A stretch of DNA of 64,000 nucleotides from Lophium mytilinum. Lineage: Eukaryota. Of this stretch, positions 24,127 through 37,341 are shown one piece after another. How positions within the stretch are numbered: position 1 is the first letter of the stretch; each line of letters starts with the position of its first letter. Location: the NCBI GenBank assembly GCA_010093605.1, contig MU004181.1:3224001-3288000 (forward strand), given 5' to 3'. The position numbers and the translations under genes were made by a program. The notes beneath the pieces were generated by a model. That model was given only the letters and a program-made list of their open reading frames with translations. It ran no database searches and was not told the DNA's origin.

Positions 24127-24253
24127 CAGCTCCCCCCGCTCGGGTCGTCCACCACCGTGCGCAGACCAGGGGATTTCCCATACAAAAACCCTTGTTTGCG
24201 CACGGTGGTGGACGACCCGAGTCAGGGGGGAGGGGGAGGGGGGAGGGGAGCTG
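24127..24253. mobile_element. 127-bp foldback MITE-like element (Tc1/mariner-type TA flanks)
   Basis: TA|CAGCTCCCC...GGGGAGCTG|TA ends, plus a perfect 25-bp inner inverted repeat at 24139..24163 / 24197..24221. Confidence 0.8.
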
Positions 24254-24306
24254 TATAAAGCACAAGAATCCACGAGCTCATTCCTAAGTGGCAAAGCATT
24301 GCAGAT

Positions 24307-25244
24307 ATGTCGGAAGCCAATGGAAGCCTCTCGCAAACCGAGGTATACGAACCCTCGAACGAACTCAAGACCAACGACGACGTAACTCTCCGCTATGTAT
24401 TGGCTGGATCAGGCCCGCCTCTCCTCCTCATCCACGGCTGGTCGTAGGTGATAACTTTTCTCCGCTCTGACGCGCATGGCTGACTGTCTTGTGTAGCCAA
24501 ACTGCAGCACAATTCAGCAAACAAATCGCCGAGTTCAAAAGGAGCCACACCGTGATAGCGATTGATCTCCGTGGACACGGCAAATCGGACAAGCCAGAGC
24601 ACGGATATCGTATTTCACGACTTGCCGCAGACGTCCACGACCTCATTACTCAGCTCAACTTGAACGACCTCACGGTTGTCGGTCATTCTATGGGATGCTC
24701 GGTCATATGGTGCTATCTTGATCTTTTCCCTGGAACCCGAATTTCGAGGCTGGTCTTCATCGACGAACCCGTAAGCCTGGCAATCAATCCAGCCTGGAGC
24801 GAAGAAGAAGCAAAATCACTAGGAGCTGTCTTTATCCCTACAGCCGCGTACGACCTTGCCGCCGCACTCCGCAGCTCCGATGGCGAGGCCGCGTCCGTAG
24901 GGGTACTAGCTTCGATGAAAACGCCGGAGATGCCGCAGGAAGACTTCGACTGGATCGTGGCAGAGAACCTGAAGATGCCCCGGAAATTGGCGGCTGAGCT
25001 GTTTGTTCCGCATGCTCTGGCGGATTGGAGCGACGTGATATCGCGGATCAAGCTACCTACTCTCGTAATTGGCGGCGAGGTAAGTATGATTCCGGAAGGT
25101 GTGGCGCCGTGGATCGCGGCGAGAATCCCTGGAGCGAAGTGCAAGGTCTTGTCGAAGGAAGAGAGGGGAAGTCATTTCATGATGTGGGAGAATCCGTCCG
25201 TGATTAATGCCACCATAAGAGAGTTTTTGGAAGATGCCTCTTAA
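24307..25244 (+). CDS. Alpha/beta hydrolase (non-heme haloperoxidase/arylesterase-like)
   Basis: LLLIHGWSQ, IDLRGHGKSDKP, GHSMG, PTLVIGG and SHFMMWENP motifs; intron 24444..24496. Confidence 0.9.
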
Positions 25245-25401
25245 GATAGTGCGGTGAGTCATCATGAATCAGCGAAACTCAAATAGTTCTTAAATAGAGA
25301 TCAGACAAAACCACACCCTGGACTCTGAAAGCCACCTTAGCAAAATACCCGAGAGTTTTCATCGCGTTGTCTTGAAAGGGCTTAGTACATGAATTATTAT
25401 T

Positions 25402-26285
25402 ATGAAGCTCCTTTCGAGAAGTTACCTTAGGGGAACGATCGATACACATTATGGGTACCTACCTCTACTAATTTGCTGCTTCACAACTGGCCTACTCGAT
25501 AGTGTGAGTTTCAATAATTGGAGTGTGTTCGTCGGAACGCAGACTGGTAGGTCGAATCCTGGTCATTAGCGAAGGACTCCCTTCTTTTATAACCCGTCAA
25601 AAATGACTACATGGGCTAAGCAGAGCGCAACGATTTAGGAAACACCGTTCTTCTTGCCCTTTCCACGGCGTCCCTTCCAGCAACTCAACGATACGCGTAT
25701 GCAACCACGCTTGTTTCAATCGGATCGTTCATTCTAGGTGCCTACTCGACTTTTGTGATCTCGCGGCGAACCAACTCACTCAGTCGGATCTTCATTATGC
25801 TCTCTTTCATCGTTCAGTCCGGCCTCCTCATTCTCGCTGCCGCTCTGGCAACCGCTGGTCTGGTCCCCGAAGACCCTAATGGACGTGGTATCAATGCTAG
25901 TAATATCAAAATTCTGACAGCTCTACCACCGCTCGCCTTCCAATTTGGCATACAGATCGCTACAAGCAGGATCCTTGGATTCAACGAACTGCCCACCAAT
26001 GTGCTGACTAGCGCCTACGCCGATGTGGCGGGTGATCCTAAGCTGTTCTCACTAGCATGGAATGCGAAGAGGGATCGAAGGATAGGCTCCATTGTGCTGA
26101 TTCTGGGCGGAGGCATTTGCGGAGCGTGGATGATGAGAAAAGGGGTAGATCTTTACGTGCCACTCTGGATTGCAGCTGGACTGAAGCTCCTCCTTGCTGT
26201 AGGTGTATGGGTGTGTATGAGCGCCAAGAGCCCAAGTGTCAGCAAAGATAGGCCAATCGGAATATCGAAAACGGCAATAGTGTGA
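25402..26285 (+). CDS. DUF1275/YoaK-family membrane protein
   Basis: CFTTGLLDSVSF....FVGTQTG|NTVLLAL, AFQFG.Q, ELPTNVLTS..D, RDRRI motifs; intron about 25547..25638. Confidence 0.85.
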
Positions 26286-27267
26286 AGAGAGTTGTGTTTT
26301 GGGCAGGAGCTCAAAACAGATCGATATAGTTGTGAAACGTGAGATCTCAAAGCTCGATGTATGGATTGAAAGCCTAGATTTTTAGGAAGTCTGGAGAAAA
26401 TATGGATCGAGTCGCTATTCACATGCGGTCAGACCGTATATTCGACTATCAGTCCTCAGTTCCTGCCACTTGTAAATAATTAGGAAGCTTGGTTCGGGAA
26501 GGCGGATTAGCTAGGGCACTTGATCACTATCTCGATCTGCGATCAGGAACAACCAAGTTCCATGAAGTGGATATCTGCGACACTCTCTAGCTGGTGTTCA
26601 TGATGTAGGAGTGGGAGTATTGGTGGCCCGTGAAAACCATTGAACCAAGTAGCTTTAAGCGCTAATACGGAGGTAACACAAGCACCGGCGAGAGCATGTC
26701 AGGAAAAACTAGAGAATGAAAGGATGGGTATGGTAGAGTCGCAAGTAACCTTCGATTTCGGGTTGAAACATCCCCTCTGCATGGATCGAGCATTTCCAAA
26801 TCTTTGGAGACGTATCCTCGATAATGGCGAACCCGTGGCCTCATGAATGACGTTTGGGAGAGCAAGAGCAATAAGTGTAACGAGCCACCAACACAACGCT
26901 TGGAGTGTCTTACCCAACTCAGAAGTTACTGCAACGTACGAATAGTCACTATCACAAACCTTCAAATCTGATCGTCGATGTGCGTTGTGTCCCTAGGGAT
27001 GGTTCCGAATTGGCTGATCCATTGAGATATGTACATATTCGCCGTTGCTTCTGAGCTTACTTGCTGTACAACCCGACATTGCGATGCACAATTGCGACCT
27101 CGCAAAACAAAGGCAAGGAGGCTTGTACAGAAGATGATGATGATGCCGACCGAGGTGTATCCTAAAATGCACGCTTACCCAGTTAAACTGCTTATGTAAA
27201 CCAAATTTTTTGTTCCATCGCCAAGAACCTCCACCATAATCATCTCGACAACAGCCAGCCATCCGCC

Positions 27268-28429
27268 ATGCCTCCGCGACTAAAGCTCCTCCAAACGGGG
27301 CGCTGCCTCATCTCGGGCTCTGTGCCCTCCTCGATTGCTCCCTCTCTGGCGCCGTTCCTCCTCCCGGCCCAGCAGCGCGCCGCCTCTATCCTCTCCTCGC
27401 TCTCCGACAATGCAGGCGCTTATAGCAAAAGAAAGCGGCTCGGACGTGGACCGGCGTCCGGCAAGGGAAAGACATCAGGAAGGGGTCAGAAGGGGCAGAA
27501 AGCTCATGGAAAGGTGCCCGCGGGGTTCAATGGAGGGCAGACGAAGCTAGAGGTGACGCAGGGCCCGAGGGGTTTCTTGAACCAGTACGTTATACACAGC
27601 AGCACCCGCAATTGGCACCGGGGAAGCAACAAATTTGCAAATCCATGTGGAATGGGATATCTCAATTGGAACAGTGATGCTAATTGCGGCCCAGCTTCTC
27701 CGTCGACATGTCCCCCCTCAACCTCGACCGGCTCCAAAACTGGATCGACCAGGGCCGCCTCGATCCCTCCAAACCTATCACCATGAAGGAGCTGAACGAC
27801 TCGCGGTGCCTGCACGGCGTCAAAGACGGCGTCAAACTGCTCGCCAGGGTACGTAACAACCCTTTGAACCATCCATCCAAATTCCAAAACATGCACAGCC
27901 ACCAACGCAGACACCCTCCCAAACTCTACGCCGCTCTCGCGCACCCACTGAAACTCCCACTGAAACTCCCACTGCACGAACGCTAACATGACCGGCACGA
28001 CAGGGCGCCGAGCAACTGAAATCCCCCATCAACCTCGTCGTCTCCCGCGCCTCGACCGCCGCCATCGCAGCTATCGAAGCAGCAGGCGGCACGGTTACAA
28101 CCCGCTTCTACGCGCCCAACTCAATCAAGCACGTCCTCAAGGGCCTGATGGACCCCGTCAACTCGATTCAGTCGACCGCAGCCGCCGTGGACGAGGAGGC
28201 CGCAGCAGCACCGCAGCGATTGACGTACCCATACAGACTTCCTGACCCCACGAGCAGGAAGGATATAGAGTACTACCGCGATCCAGCACACAGAGGTTAT
28301 TTGAGCCATCTGGTCGGGCAGGGCGAGAGCCCGAGTTTGTTCTTCCGTGTCCCAGCGCCGGTGGGCGCGAGGAAGAAGACGGTGCAGAAGAAAAAGACGA
28401 GTGGGGCGGCGGAGAACAGGATATGGTGA
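27268..28429 (+). CDS. MRPL10: Mitochondrial ribosomal protein uL15m (yeast MrpL10-like)
   Basis: [66 protein letters not shown]; two introns (from 27585 and from 27849). Confidence 0.93.
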
Positions 28430-31400
28430 GCATGGTGGTAGGAGGCGGATCCAAGTCTTGTATGACTACTACTGATAAGAGAGATGTGTACGCGCTGAAG
28501 GGTATTTAGATTGTACCATATAAATGCACTGTATACAAAGGGCCGTCTTAATGGAAATATAGAAACTCAAGTACACTACATATGAACTGATACGGATGCA
28601 TTTTGAGAAGGCGGATTTCATATTTCCTATATATGTGAAGCTTCCTAGAGGCCCGTGGAGGCGTACGACGTTCTAATCGCTATGACTTACAAGTAGCGTA
28701 GCGAGAGTCTTGCTTGTATCCATTATTTCTACAAGGTAGGGCCACGCTTCAGCGCTCCAAGCAGGAGGCGTGGCTATACGCGAGTTGCCAGGCGGCAAGA
28801 TCTAAGATTTATTGGATTTAAGTCCACGTATTGGGAAGCTTCAAGTCAATTCCTTTGAACGCGCGAGGACAGCAACATATAATGCTAGTCTGTATACGCT
28901 TGCTTGCTGCTGCTTAGAGTACTGTAATCCGGTAGTGTGTTGATTAGAGGCGTGTGATAATTAGTCCAGTTCGCGAAGTGGAGTATCTACATATTATCCG
29001 GGGTCTACGAGAATTGTTAGAAGAAGCGCGCCGAACAGTGACAAGCAAGCGTGTCCAGCGCTAAAGTATGGCGTTGTGCGAAGTTAGCTTCGGTAAAAAT
29101 TCTCATCGAAGGACTATGATGCTGCGATTGCCACACTGTCAGCAGTTTTCTGATATAATGGACAGGCGATCATGTCGCTGAAAGCCTTGTTTGATACGCA
29201 TTCTTGAGCCGGTTTTCATTGAAGGCTCTGCTAATGCAGCTAGGTGTCTAGATCAGTCAATTGCGAGCAAGCTACTAGATCGTATCCTAGGGCTGGACCA
29301 TGATCTCTCACAGGTACGACTATGATTCGAGGCTGCGATGCGGTAGTCAAACGCCGGTCCTGTGCATCATGCGCTGTCGCGTACGTCCATACAGCGACCT
29401 GAAGGGGCTGAATCCCTTATTGAGCCAGAGGACTGTGCTCCAGGATTATTCTGGGCATGTGCGGAAGAAGGTGAAAGCTCAGGTGGCACGCCGTGGGATC
29501 GGGATGCTGCGGTGGTTGAAGAAAGGGTGGCGCATGGTTTACAGGAAATCTGCAAAGGCGTAGCCGACATATACTTCGGGTAAGATTTTTGAGTGTCCAG
29601 TCGATTTCCGTATGTACAACGTAGCATGCACCCGGTCGCCGATTGCCTGAAAGGAGCTTGCCTGCGGAGAGTGGAGTATCTGCAGGGACATCTGCAAGTT
29701 GATTCCCTACGCATGCAAGAGAGAAATCAAGTTCCGTGGTCTGATGTGGGTTTCTTGTACGATCAGAACAGAAAGAAACCCGTTGCGGCGAAATAATTTT
29801 GGGTGACGGAGGAGGTATTACAGTCTCAACGCTAGATGTGTACCTTAGCACAAGTCTTAATTAGGCCAAGCTAAGAAGGCCAAACTCTGGAGATGCAGAG
29901 CAGCCACAAATTATTGAGCTCAGCTACGTGGGGGTGAGTCTTTCAGCCCAACGTCAAAATGGCTTGTCTGGGGAGGGGGAGTGCTTGTGATCCGACGCGG
30001 GTTCCGGTGTATTACAAGAAACATGTTTGACTAGGAACAGGCCGATGTTAGACTGGAAACAACTCTTCTGTAGCGCCGGATCGAGCGGCCATAGATTTGC
30101 TAGTCGGCATACGAAATATGATAGAGTGATCGGGCTTGCAGAGATCTCGAACTGTAACACGGAGGCGTTGACCGGTGTGCGCAGCGTGCTCCAGAGATTG
30201 ATCAGCGTAAAATAGCAAAAGCGATCGAGATGCTCCGTCCACTTCTGCAATTAATAAAAGACCTGTCCAATAATGAAAATTTTGGGTGGGCTGATGGCTG
30301 TTTAGGTGCATGCACACCAGTGCAACCTATCCCGCAAGTCTAGCCGCGATATAGTGGTTGCTTGCGGCATCTTGCTTTTGCAACAACGGATGCCCAGCAG
30401 TCTAACTGTGCAGGTATCAGGACGTGAAGTACCCAGGTGGTGCAGGCTGTATGCGTGACGGCATAGTTATTCAACTTTACCTGCTCGGACGTGCCGAGGT
30501 CGGCACCGCTCGCGTTCTAATGCCCTCATGCACAAGGAGCAATGAGTGGAGGGGCCATGCTGGTGCTGGCGTTTGAGTGGGTGTTTTGCAGCCGGTTAAT
30601 GCAAGCCCAGACGGCTGAAAATTTGATACTATCCAACAGTGGCCATGGCCGATCCAGGCTGACGACGCAGCGTCGACGGAAGCAACGCCGACATGGTTGC
30701 TGGTCCTTGATGATTTGCGTGTCCGGGTGTAGATGGACAGCAGGAGATGGCAGAAGATGACTGTGGATTGCTCCTTGCATGGGAAGCCGAAGAGTCTCCA
30801 GTGTCAGTGCAGGCAGCCTGGCAGGCGACGGATGTCGTTGGATTGCAGACTATCGTTTCCGGTTCGGGGAGGTGAGCGAAAGGCTGGGAGAGTTTGCGGA
30901 GGCGTTTCGCCAGCACGCTGGACACTAATTAAGGCCGCACATGATTCAGTCACGATAGCCGGCCTGTCCTGCGGCTGCCTGTCCCCGATAGTGGTCCCAA
31001 TAATCGAGCCGATACTATTGGGACAGGCCACCCCGATTGGGACGCTGCTGAGTGGCTGCTGCGACGGCTGTCGCAACTGGAACACGGCGTCGGGCGTTGC
31101 ACGGGCAAGGCTGGTTGCGAGATTGAGAGCAGCTGCGCGCACGCGTGGCGAGCATGGAAGCGCTCATCTTGAAGCCTGTCGTCCATTTGCTGTCTGTTGT
31201 CTGCGGTCAGCTGCAGCGGGGCGAGGCTATCCTTCAGCGCCGGCGGGCATGTATAACAGCGGCTACTCGAGCTGAGGCATGCACCGCAATCCTCCTGGGC
31301 CTGTGCACCGTCAGATGTACGGAACACGAAAGTCGGAGGCCAGCATGGCGCATGCGAACAGTGACACCATCGCGGAGTGGGAGAGGAGGCTCCAGCGAGA

Positions 31401-34400
31401 CCGCGGGTCATGCTCTCGTGTACCGGCTGCAGACCGACGACAGCCAGGCGGATCGACGGCAGTGGTGGATGAGATGAGGACTGCTGATTGCTACGATGTG
31501 GCGTTGTAGTGTCTCGACTGTCCAGGCATCCCCCATCGAGTTAGAGCTTGGAGACAGGCGGTGGGGTACCGTGTCAAAATGGGGGCATCAAGGCTCCGGC
31601 TCGTAGTCTCGCCACATTCATAACGCGTACGGAGAGCATGGGTAGTAGTTGGAGGCCGTGTCCGCAGCCTCGAAACCTTGATACCGCAAACGACTGAGCC
31701 GGGAAGTGTGGTGTGCGTGGGCGCTGGGCCGGCATCGACCTGCCATCAAGCTGCCACATTTCGCACAAGTCTGACCATCGTGGACGCGTCTGGCTCGAAA
31801 AGAGAGTGCAGACGTCAATCAAGCGACGAAGTGTGATGCATCCATGACTCCCGCAGCGCCGCACGAGGACCAGAGGCCACCACCAACCACCAACCACCTT
31901 CATTGCGACTTGGCCCTGAGGAGCTGCTTGCCGCAGGAGAAACACGCTAGGAGAGCCATCCCAGAGCCGGCAAGCTGCTCGACGATGCAGTTCCTTGTCG
32001 CTAGCAAGCAGCATGCATCCACACGCCCATCAATTCACCCAGCACACCAGGGCGCGTCCAAGAGGCGCGGTACGTCTCAGGCGCCGAGCCCTGGAGGCAA
32101 ACTAATAATCCTTCCAGATCCCGACTAGCGCGTCAGACTTCTTCAACGCATGAGGCCGGTGCTGGGCTCCGGTGACATCGCATGTAAATAAAGAAAGTTG
32201 TTGGGTGGCCGTCGCCCGGCCGTCTAGCAAATAGATCCAGCGCGGCACTCGTATCACGCTGGCTAGAACCCACGTCGAGGCTCCATTCGTCCTTCCTTCC
32301 GACCCATGGTTGCTAAAGATCAAGGACGTTGCGGGGGCGATCGTGACGGGCTATGTATCGTATGTAGACTCTGATTTACGCTCTGGCCAAGACATCGACT
32401 GGTGCCCACCACTTACTGCCAGACGCGAGCATCCAGTAATGGCGAAAATCATGCCCCGAGCAGGGTCGTATCACACCAGTGCGCGCCTCTCGTTGTCTGG
32501 CGCCTCGAACACCCGTTTGGCGGTAGTGCATGGGTCCGTGGTGCGCTGAAGGGGATGCATCGTGGAGGCATCAGAACTCGCCAGTGCCAGCCATCCTCGC
32601 AGCCCACCCGGTGCGCCAGTGTTCCCCCAGCCAATCACCGTGTGCAGTGAATCGTGGCGGTCACTGCACCACTAACCAGACTGCTGTCCATCTACTCGGC
32701 GGAGTCGGCAAAGGCTATCAGGCTCCGCAAAACGTAAAGTGGCAGTTCAACGTATGCCGAGAAGCCCTAGGGAGCCATTAGGTGGCCAGAACTAACGTTT
32801 ATCAAAGAACAACAGCATTCCAGAGGACCAGCGGTGCCGAGCAAGCCCACACACATATTAGTGTGTACGTCAAGGGTAGGAAGTTTGAAATCAGAACCAC
32901 GGCTGCGGACTGCCACTTTTTCTCCAAGGGAGCCTAGTCTCCCTTACCTCGTCTTTAGCTTTGTTTCCACTTTCCACCACCACATCCGGCCATCATTCGC
33001 CAAGGGAGCGGGGCGAGAACAAGCGTGGAAGCGTCAGTCCGTGGGCCGCCAGTTCGCCCTCCATGTCCACGCAACCAGCAAACTTCTGACCGATCGCGAA
33101 TTGCTTTTCGAGTCGGCATCTGCTTGCATTCCGCTTGGCACTCTCCAGATTGTGCGAGAATTAGTTAGGAGTGCCCCGGCTAGCCCGGCCCAGCACCACC
33201 TCGCCACGGGACCGTAATGCATTCTCCAGTCGCGAAACCCTGGCACTCCCAGCAGGCAACGCAACAGCCGAATGACACCGGGGTACGCAGACTCGGGGCC
33301 GGGCGCGGAGAGCAGACGGAAGGCGATGCGCAGGTGCGTGTTTCGCAGGGGGCGACAAGGCGGTCCTGCAGTGCAGATTGCTTCAACTCAACATGGAACG
33401 GCACACCAGCGCGCTGCTGTCCGGGGCCGGTTGGCGGGCGGAAAGCGTGATTGGGGCGGCGGGACAAGCTCACAGGATGCGAACAATTTGGAGAGAGGAG
33501 CATTCGATCAGCAGGCGTCAGGGGGCGCGCTCGGAAGAGGAGCTTTTGGGTAAGACAGCAATTAGGCCAGCGAGCCACAGCGGCCGGCTTCGTATCGAGC
33601 TCCAGTCCTCTACGCTGCACAGGACAGAGTCGAGGCGTGCAGGGAGTGAGAGTGCAGTCGCCGGGCTAGAAATCAAACACGGCATGGCGGAATGATGCAC
33701 CTGCAAAGGCCCTCTGAAAGCGAGCCATTCCAGGCCGGCTGGGGCGATTGTTCGCTGGAGGGGACGCTACTCAGACCTCAGGCTCTCAGCGCATCACGAC
33801 GACTGGCGAGTGTGACGATCGCAGGCTGACGCAGCGGCCGAGGGTTCGGCGGTGCGAGAGTCTTCCAAGTTGTTGACGAAGCAGACTGAACCCCAGACTC
33901 GCAAGCCATGCCATACGCAACCCGGATGTCGCAGGCAGCGTGACTGTTTGTGGACGGGTTCGTGGCGGAGTGTCATGGTGGTGAGGCCACGTCTTTTCTC
34001 GAGGCCGTCCTCCCAGGCCTTGCTCCCAGGCCGTCCACGGTATGCCTCCCACACAGGTCCACCGCTCGTGACTCGCCGCGGCGGGCCTGGTGTTCGACCT
34101 CAGCGACGCGACCAGCAACGGCAAAGCAGAGGCCGTCGACGCAGCCAGAAAGGAACATGGCACAGCGCCAATCACAGCGGCGGGCGGCGTGGCACTCGCA
34201 GCTCGCGGGCTACGGCGCCTTCGGGATAGCGCAGTCAGACGCCATCACCCATGGGCCGTGGAGAGGCGGCCAGGGTGAGGTGAGCGTGCAGGCCCGTGGG
34301 CTTGTGGGCTCGCTCAGGCCGTCCAAGCGGTTCAGACAGACCAGGAGTCGGCCGGGCGTGGCATGGCTTCGTTCGTGTGGGTGAGGAAGTGCGCGGCAGG

Positions 34401-35387
34401 AGACTCGCCGAGGAGGGCGGTGGAGCTGGTGTTGGACCCAATGCCACCAATGCCACCCATCCATGCTGATATGCTGATGAGGCAGCGTGGTGATGCGGCT
34501 AGCAACGCCGGCTGGGTGCCAATTCGTGCTCGATTGCTGCGCGGTCCGCGTCTGTTCGTGTGTGAGCATCTGCGAGGTCTGTGGGTTGTCTGTGTGTGCC
34601 CGGCAAGTGCTGGCTTCGCTTTCACCTGCGCCTCAGCTTCCCACGCTTGGAGTCTGCTCCCAGCTCCCTGCGGCCGCAATCCTGCTCCACGGCTGGCGGC
34701 GTTGCTCTTGTCCCATAATTATCACGGCGGGTCGCTCGGCCCTGGTCGGTGCTGTAGCTTTGCAGGCCTCCCCGCCGGCGCCAGGGCGCGTTGATGTCAG
34801 AGGGACGCTGCTTCTCATTCTGGCCGCTGCGGCGCTGAAGCCCTGCCTGGAACCTTCCGACTGCCAGTCCATCGACCGTCACCACGCGGAGCGAGCAACA
34901 TGTTTTATCAAAACCCTCCCGCCCTATGCCCGAGAGCAGCAAGCCAACCACAGCCCGCCGAGAGCCCCAGCGTCTTTGAGCGCTCTGATTGCTTCTCTTT
35001 ATCCTACCGTGCACGCCCTCATCCACCACCCCCATCGCCGTCGCCAACCTCAACCTCACCCGCTGCCCCTTCCGCCTCCTCACTTGCCCGTCCCAGCGCT
35101 CCCTCGCCGGTGCTCGCTGTTGACATACCTCGAAACATACCAGAACACCAGCGGCCATATCCAGCCAGCGCCTCCTTGCGTCGCCCCCGAGCACCGCACT
35201 CGCCCGCTGCCCAGAGCCGTCTGTGGCATTCACTCGTTCTGGCAATGCCGTGAAGGCGACGCCGCCTTCTTTTTCCTTCTGCCACGTCCCTTGGAGTAGA
35301 CACCGCGCGACCGTGGACCCTGGGTGCTTGTTACCAGCCAGCAGACCTCACTGAATCATCGGCCCTGGCCCTCGCCCCGCCGCTCTC

Positions 35388-37341
35388 ATGCTCGAGCTAC
35401 AACTGCCCAACCCAATGCCTCATGCCGTGGGCTCCGACCGCCCCTTCGACTCCTACTCTCACTCCTCCAAACTGGAACACAGCAGACCACCGCTCCCCAG
35501 GCCTATCTCGCGAGCAGACCTTCTCTATCACACCAGCGTATCGCGGGCCCCGCCAACTCCACCTACAGACATGTCGAGCTCAGCTTTGGGGCCAGTTTCT
35601 GTATATCGGCACAGCAGCATGGGACCAGACTTTGGATCCAACCGCCAGATGAATGCATCTGCTTCGCAGTATTCGGTGCCAGCCAACTCGACTTACCAGC
35701 TGCCAACCTACAACACCTCGAGAGCGGCCGCGGCTCCCTCGAGTCCCATTGTTCAGGGAGCTCCGGCGTCCTCGCAGTCTGTCCACCGCCGGAAAATCTC
35801 GAACAATACGATTGCTCCAAATCTGAAGACACCCCCCACTATCAGCACTCCCCAGGAGGGCCTGCCGCAAGTTGCTGCCGAGGTGCGTCTTTCAGTTTCC
35901 CGGAAAGAAACCCCACTGACATTCGCAGATAACATGCCTCTTCTGGTTCGAGAATTCATCGACCCTGAAGCGCGTTCTAGAACCTGGTTCACCGCGGCCC
36001 ATAGGCCCTCTAGTTCCAGACGCTACCCCAACAACTGGATTTCGGAAATGGGTCACCACGATCTTGACTACTACTCAAGTTGCGCAGAACGTCATCTTAC
36101 TGGCCTTGATGTTCATTTACCGGCTCAAACAGATCAACCCCAGCGTCAAGGGCAAGCTAGGCAGCGAGTACAGGCTTCTCACTGTAGCACTGATGCTGGG
36201 CAACAAATTCCTCGACGACAACACGTACACCAACAAGACGTGGGCTGACGTTTCTGGTATCTCGGTGCTCGAAGTCCACATCATGGAAGTCGAATTCCTC
36301 AGCAACATGAGATATAGCCTTTTCACCTCTGAGAAGGAGTGGCTAGATTGGCACGTCACCTTGGGCAAATTCGGTACCTTCTTCGACCATGCATCCCGTA
36401 TGCCAACGCAGAATGTTCTCCCGAGTCCAATCGGCCCGCCCACTCCATCATTACAGCTACCACCAAATCTTCTACCATCTCCGCCTACCTCGCTTCATAC
36501 ATCGCCACCGAATCTTTCCAACTACTCACCCAACAGGCAGCCAGTACTTTCAAATACCCCGATGCTTTATCCCCAGGCAACGTCGACTGCTGTGTCACCA
36601 ATCGGTCCTCTCCCGGAACTTGGACCATTGAACCACAGGAAGCGGAGCTACGACGAGTCACTGGAGCCACCTGCGAAAAGACCGGCCCATACATACAGCC
36701 AACCACCGATAAACAACGGTCTGAGTATTCCATCACTCCATCCGCCTGTCGGGAGGCCTTTCCAGAACCACCAAAACTTGCCACGTCTACCACCTCTACC
36801 GAGTTTGTCGATTCCGCCTCCCCAGCCTGGTCGTACACCTGTGCAAATGAGCAATTTGCCCCAATTGCCAATGCCAGGAAACAGGTCTATGGCGATGGTT
36901 TATCCGTCCGTCAGCCAGTGGGGTCAACCTTACGCGACTCCAGCATCTTCTGCTCCGGGACACTCGGCGATGCATACTCCTATCGATAGATCACGACAAG
37001 TCAGTCCGTACCCCGTTGGATCTACCAATTCGTCTCCCGTCAGCGCAACTTTCCAGGCTGGAAACCAGAATCGCCTATCCCCCAACTACTTTCTTCAGCA
37101 AAGGCAGTCGCCTTATCGGCCTGTCCGGAGCGTTACTACTCTTCTGGTTCCTCCACCGTCTGGCTCGATGCATATGCCGCAAAGACCTATTCCAATGGAT
37201 CAAATGCAATATCAACCATTGGGTAGGCCGATGAATGAGCGGAGAGTCGGGCCACTACCTTACATGCATCATGAAGCGTGGCCGGAAACGAATCAATTCA
37301 ACCAGTTGCCCGGCTTGGTTCAGCCTGTGTTCCGTCGCTAG
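35388..37341 (+). CDS. Pcl/Clg1-type cyclin-like protein with Pro-rich C-terminus
   Basis: AAE|ITCLFWFE across intron 35883..35928; cyclin box LLALMFIYRLK..GSEYRLLTVALMLGNKFLDDNTYTNKTW..ME.EFL; start codon uncertain. Confidence 0.88.

Noticed and set aside
30526..35303. Numerous overlapping ORFs up to 270 aa
   Set aside because: No domain signatures or consistent exon chain; expected by chance at this GC content.
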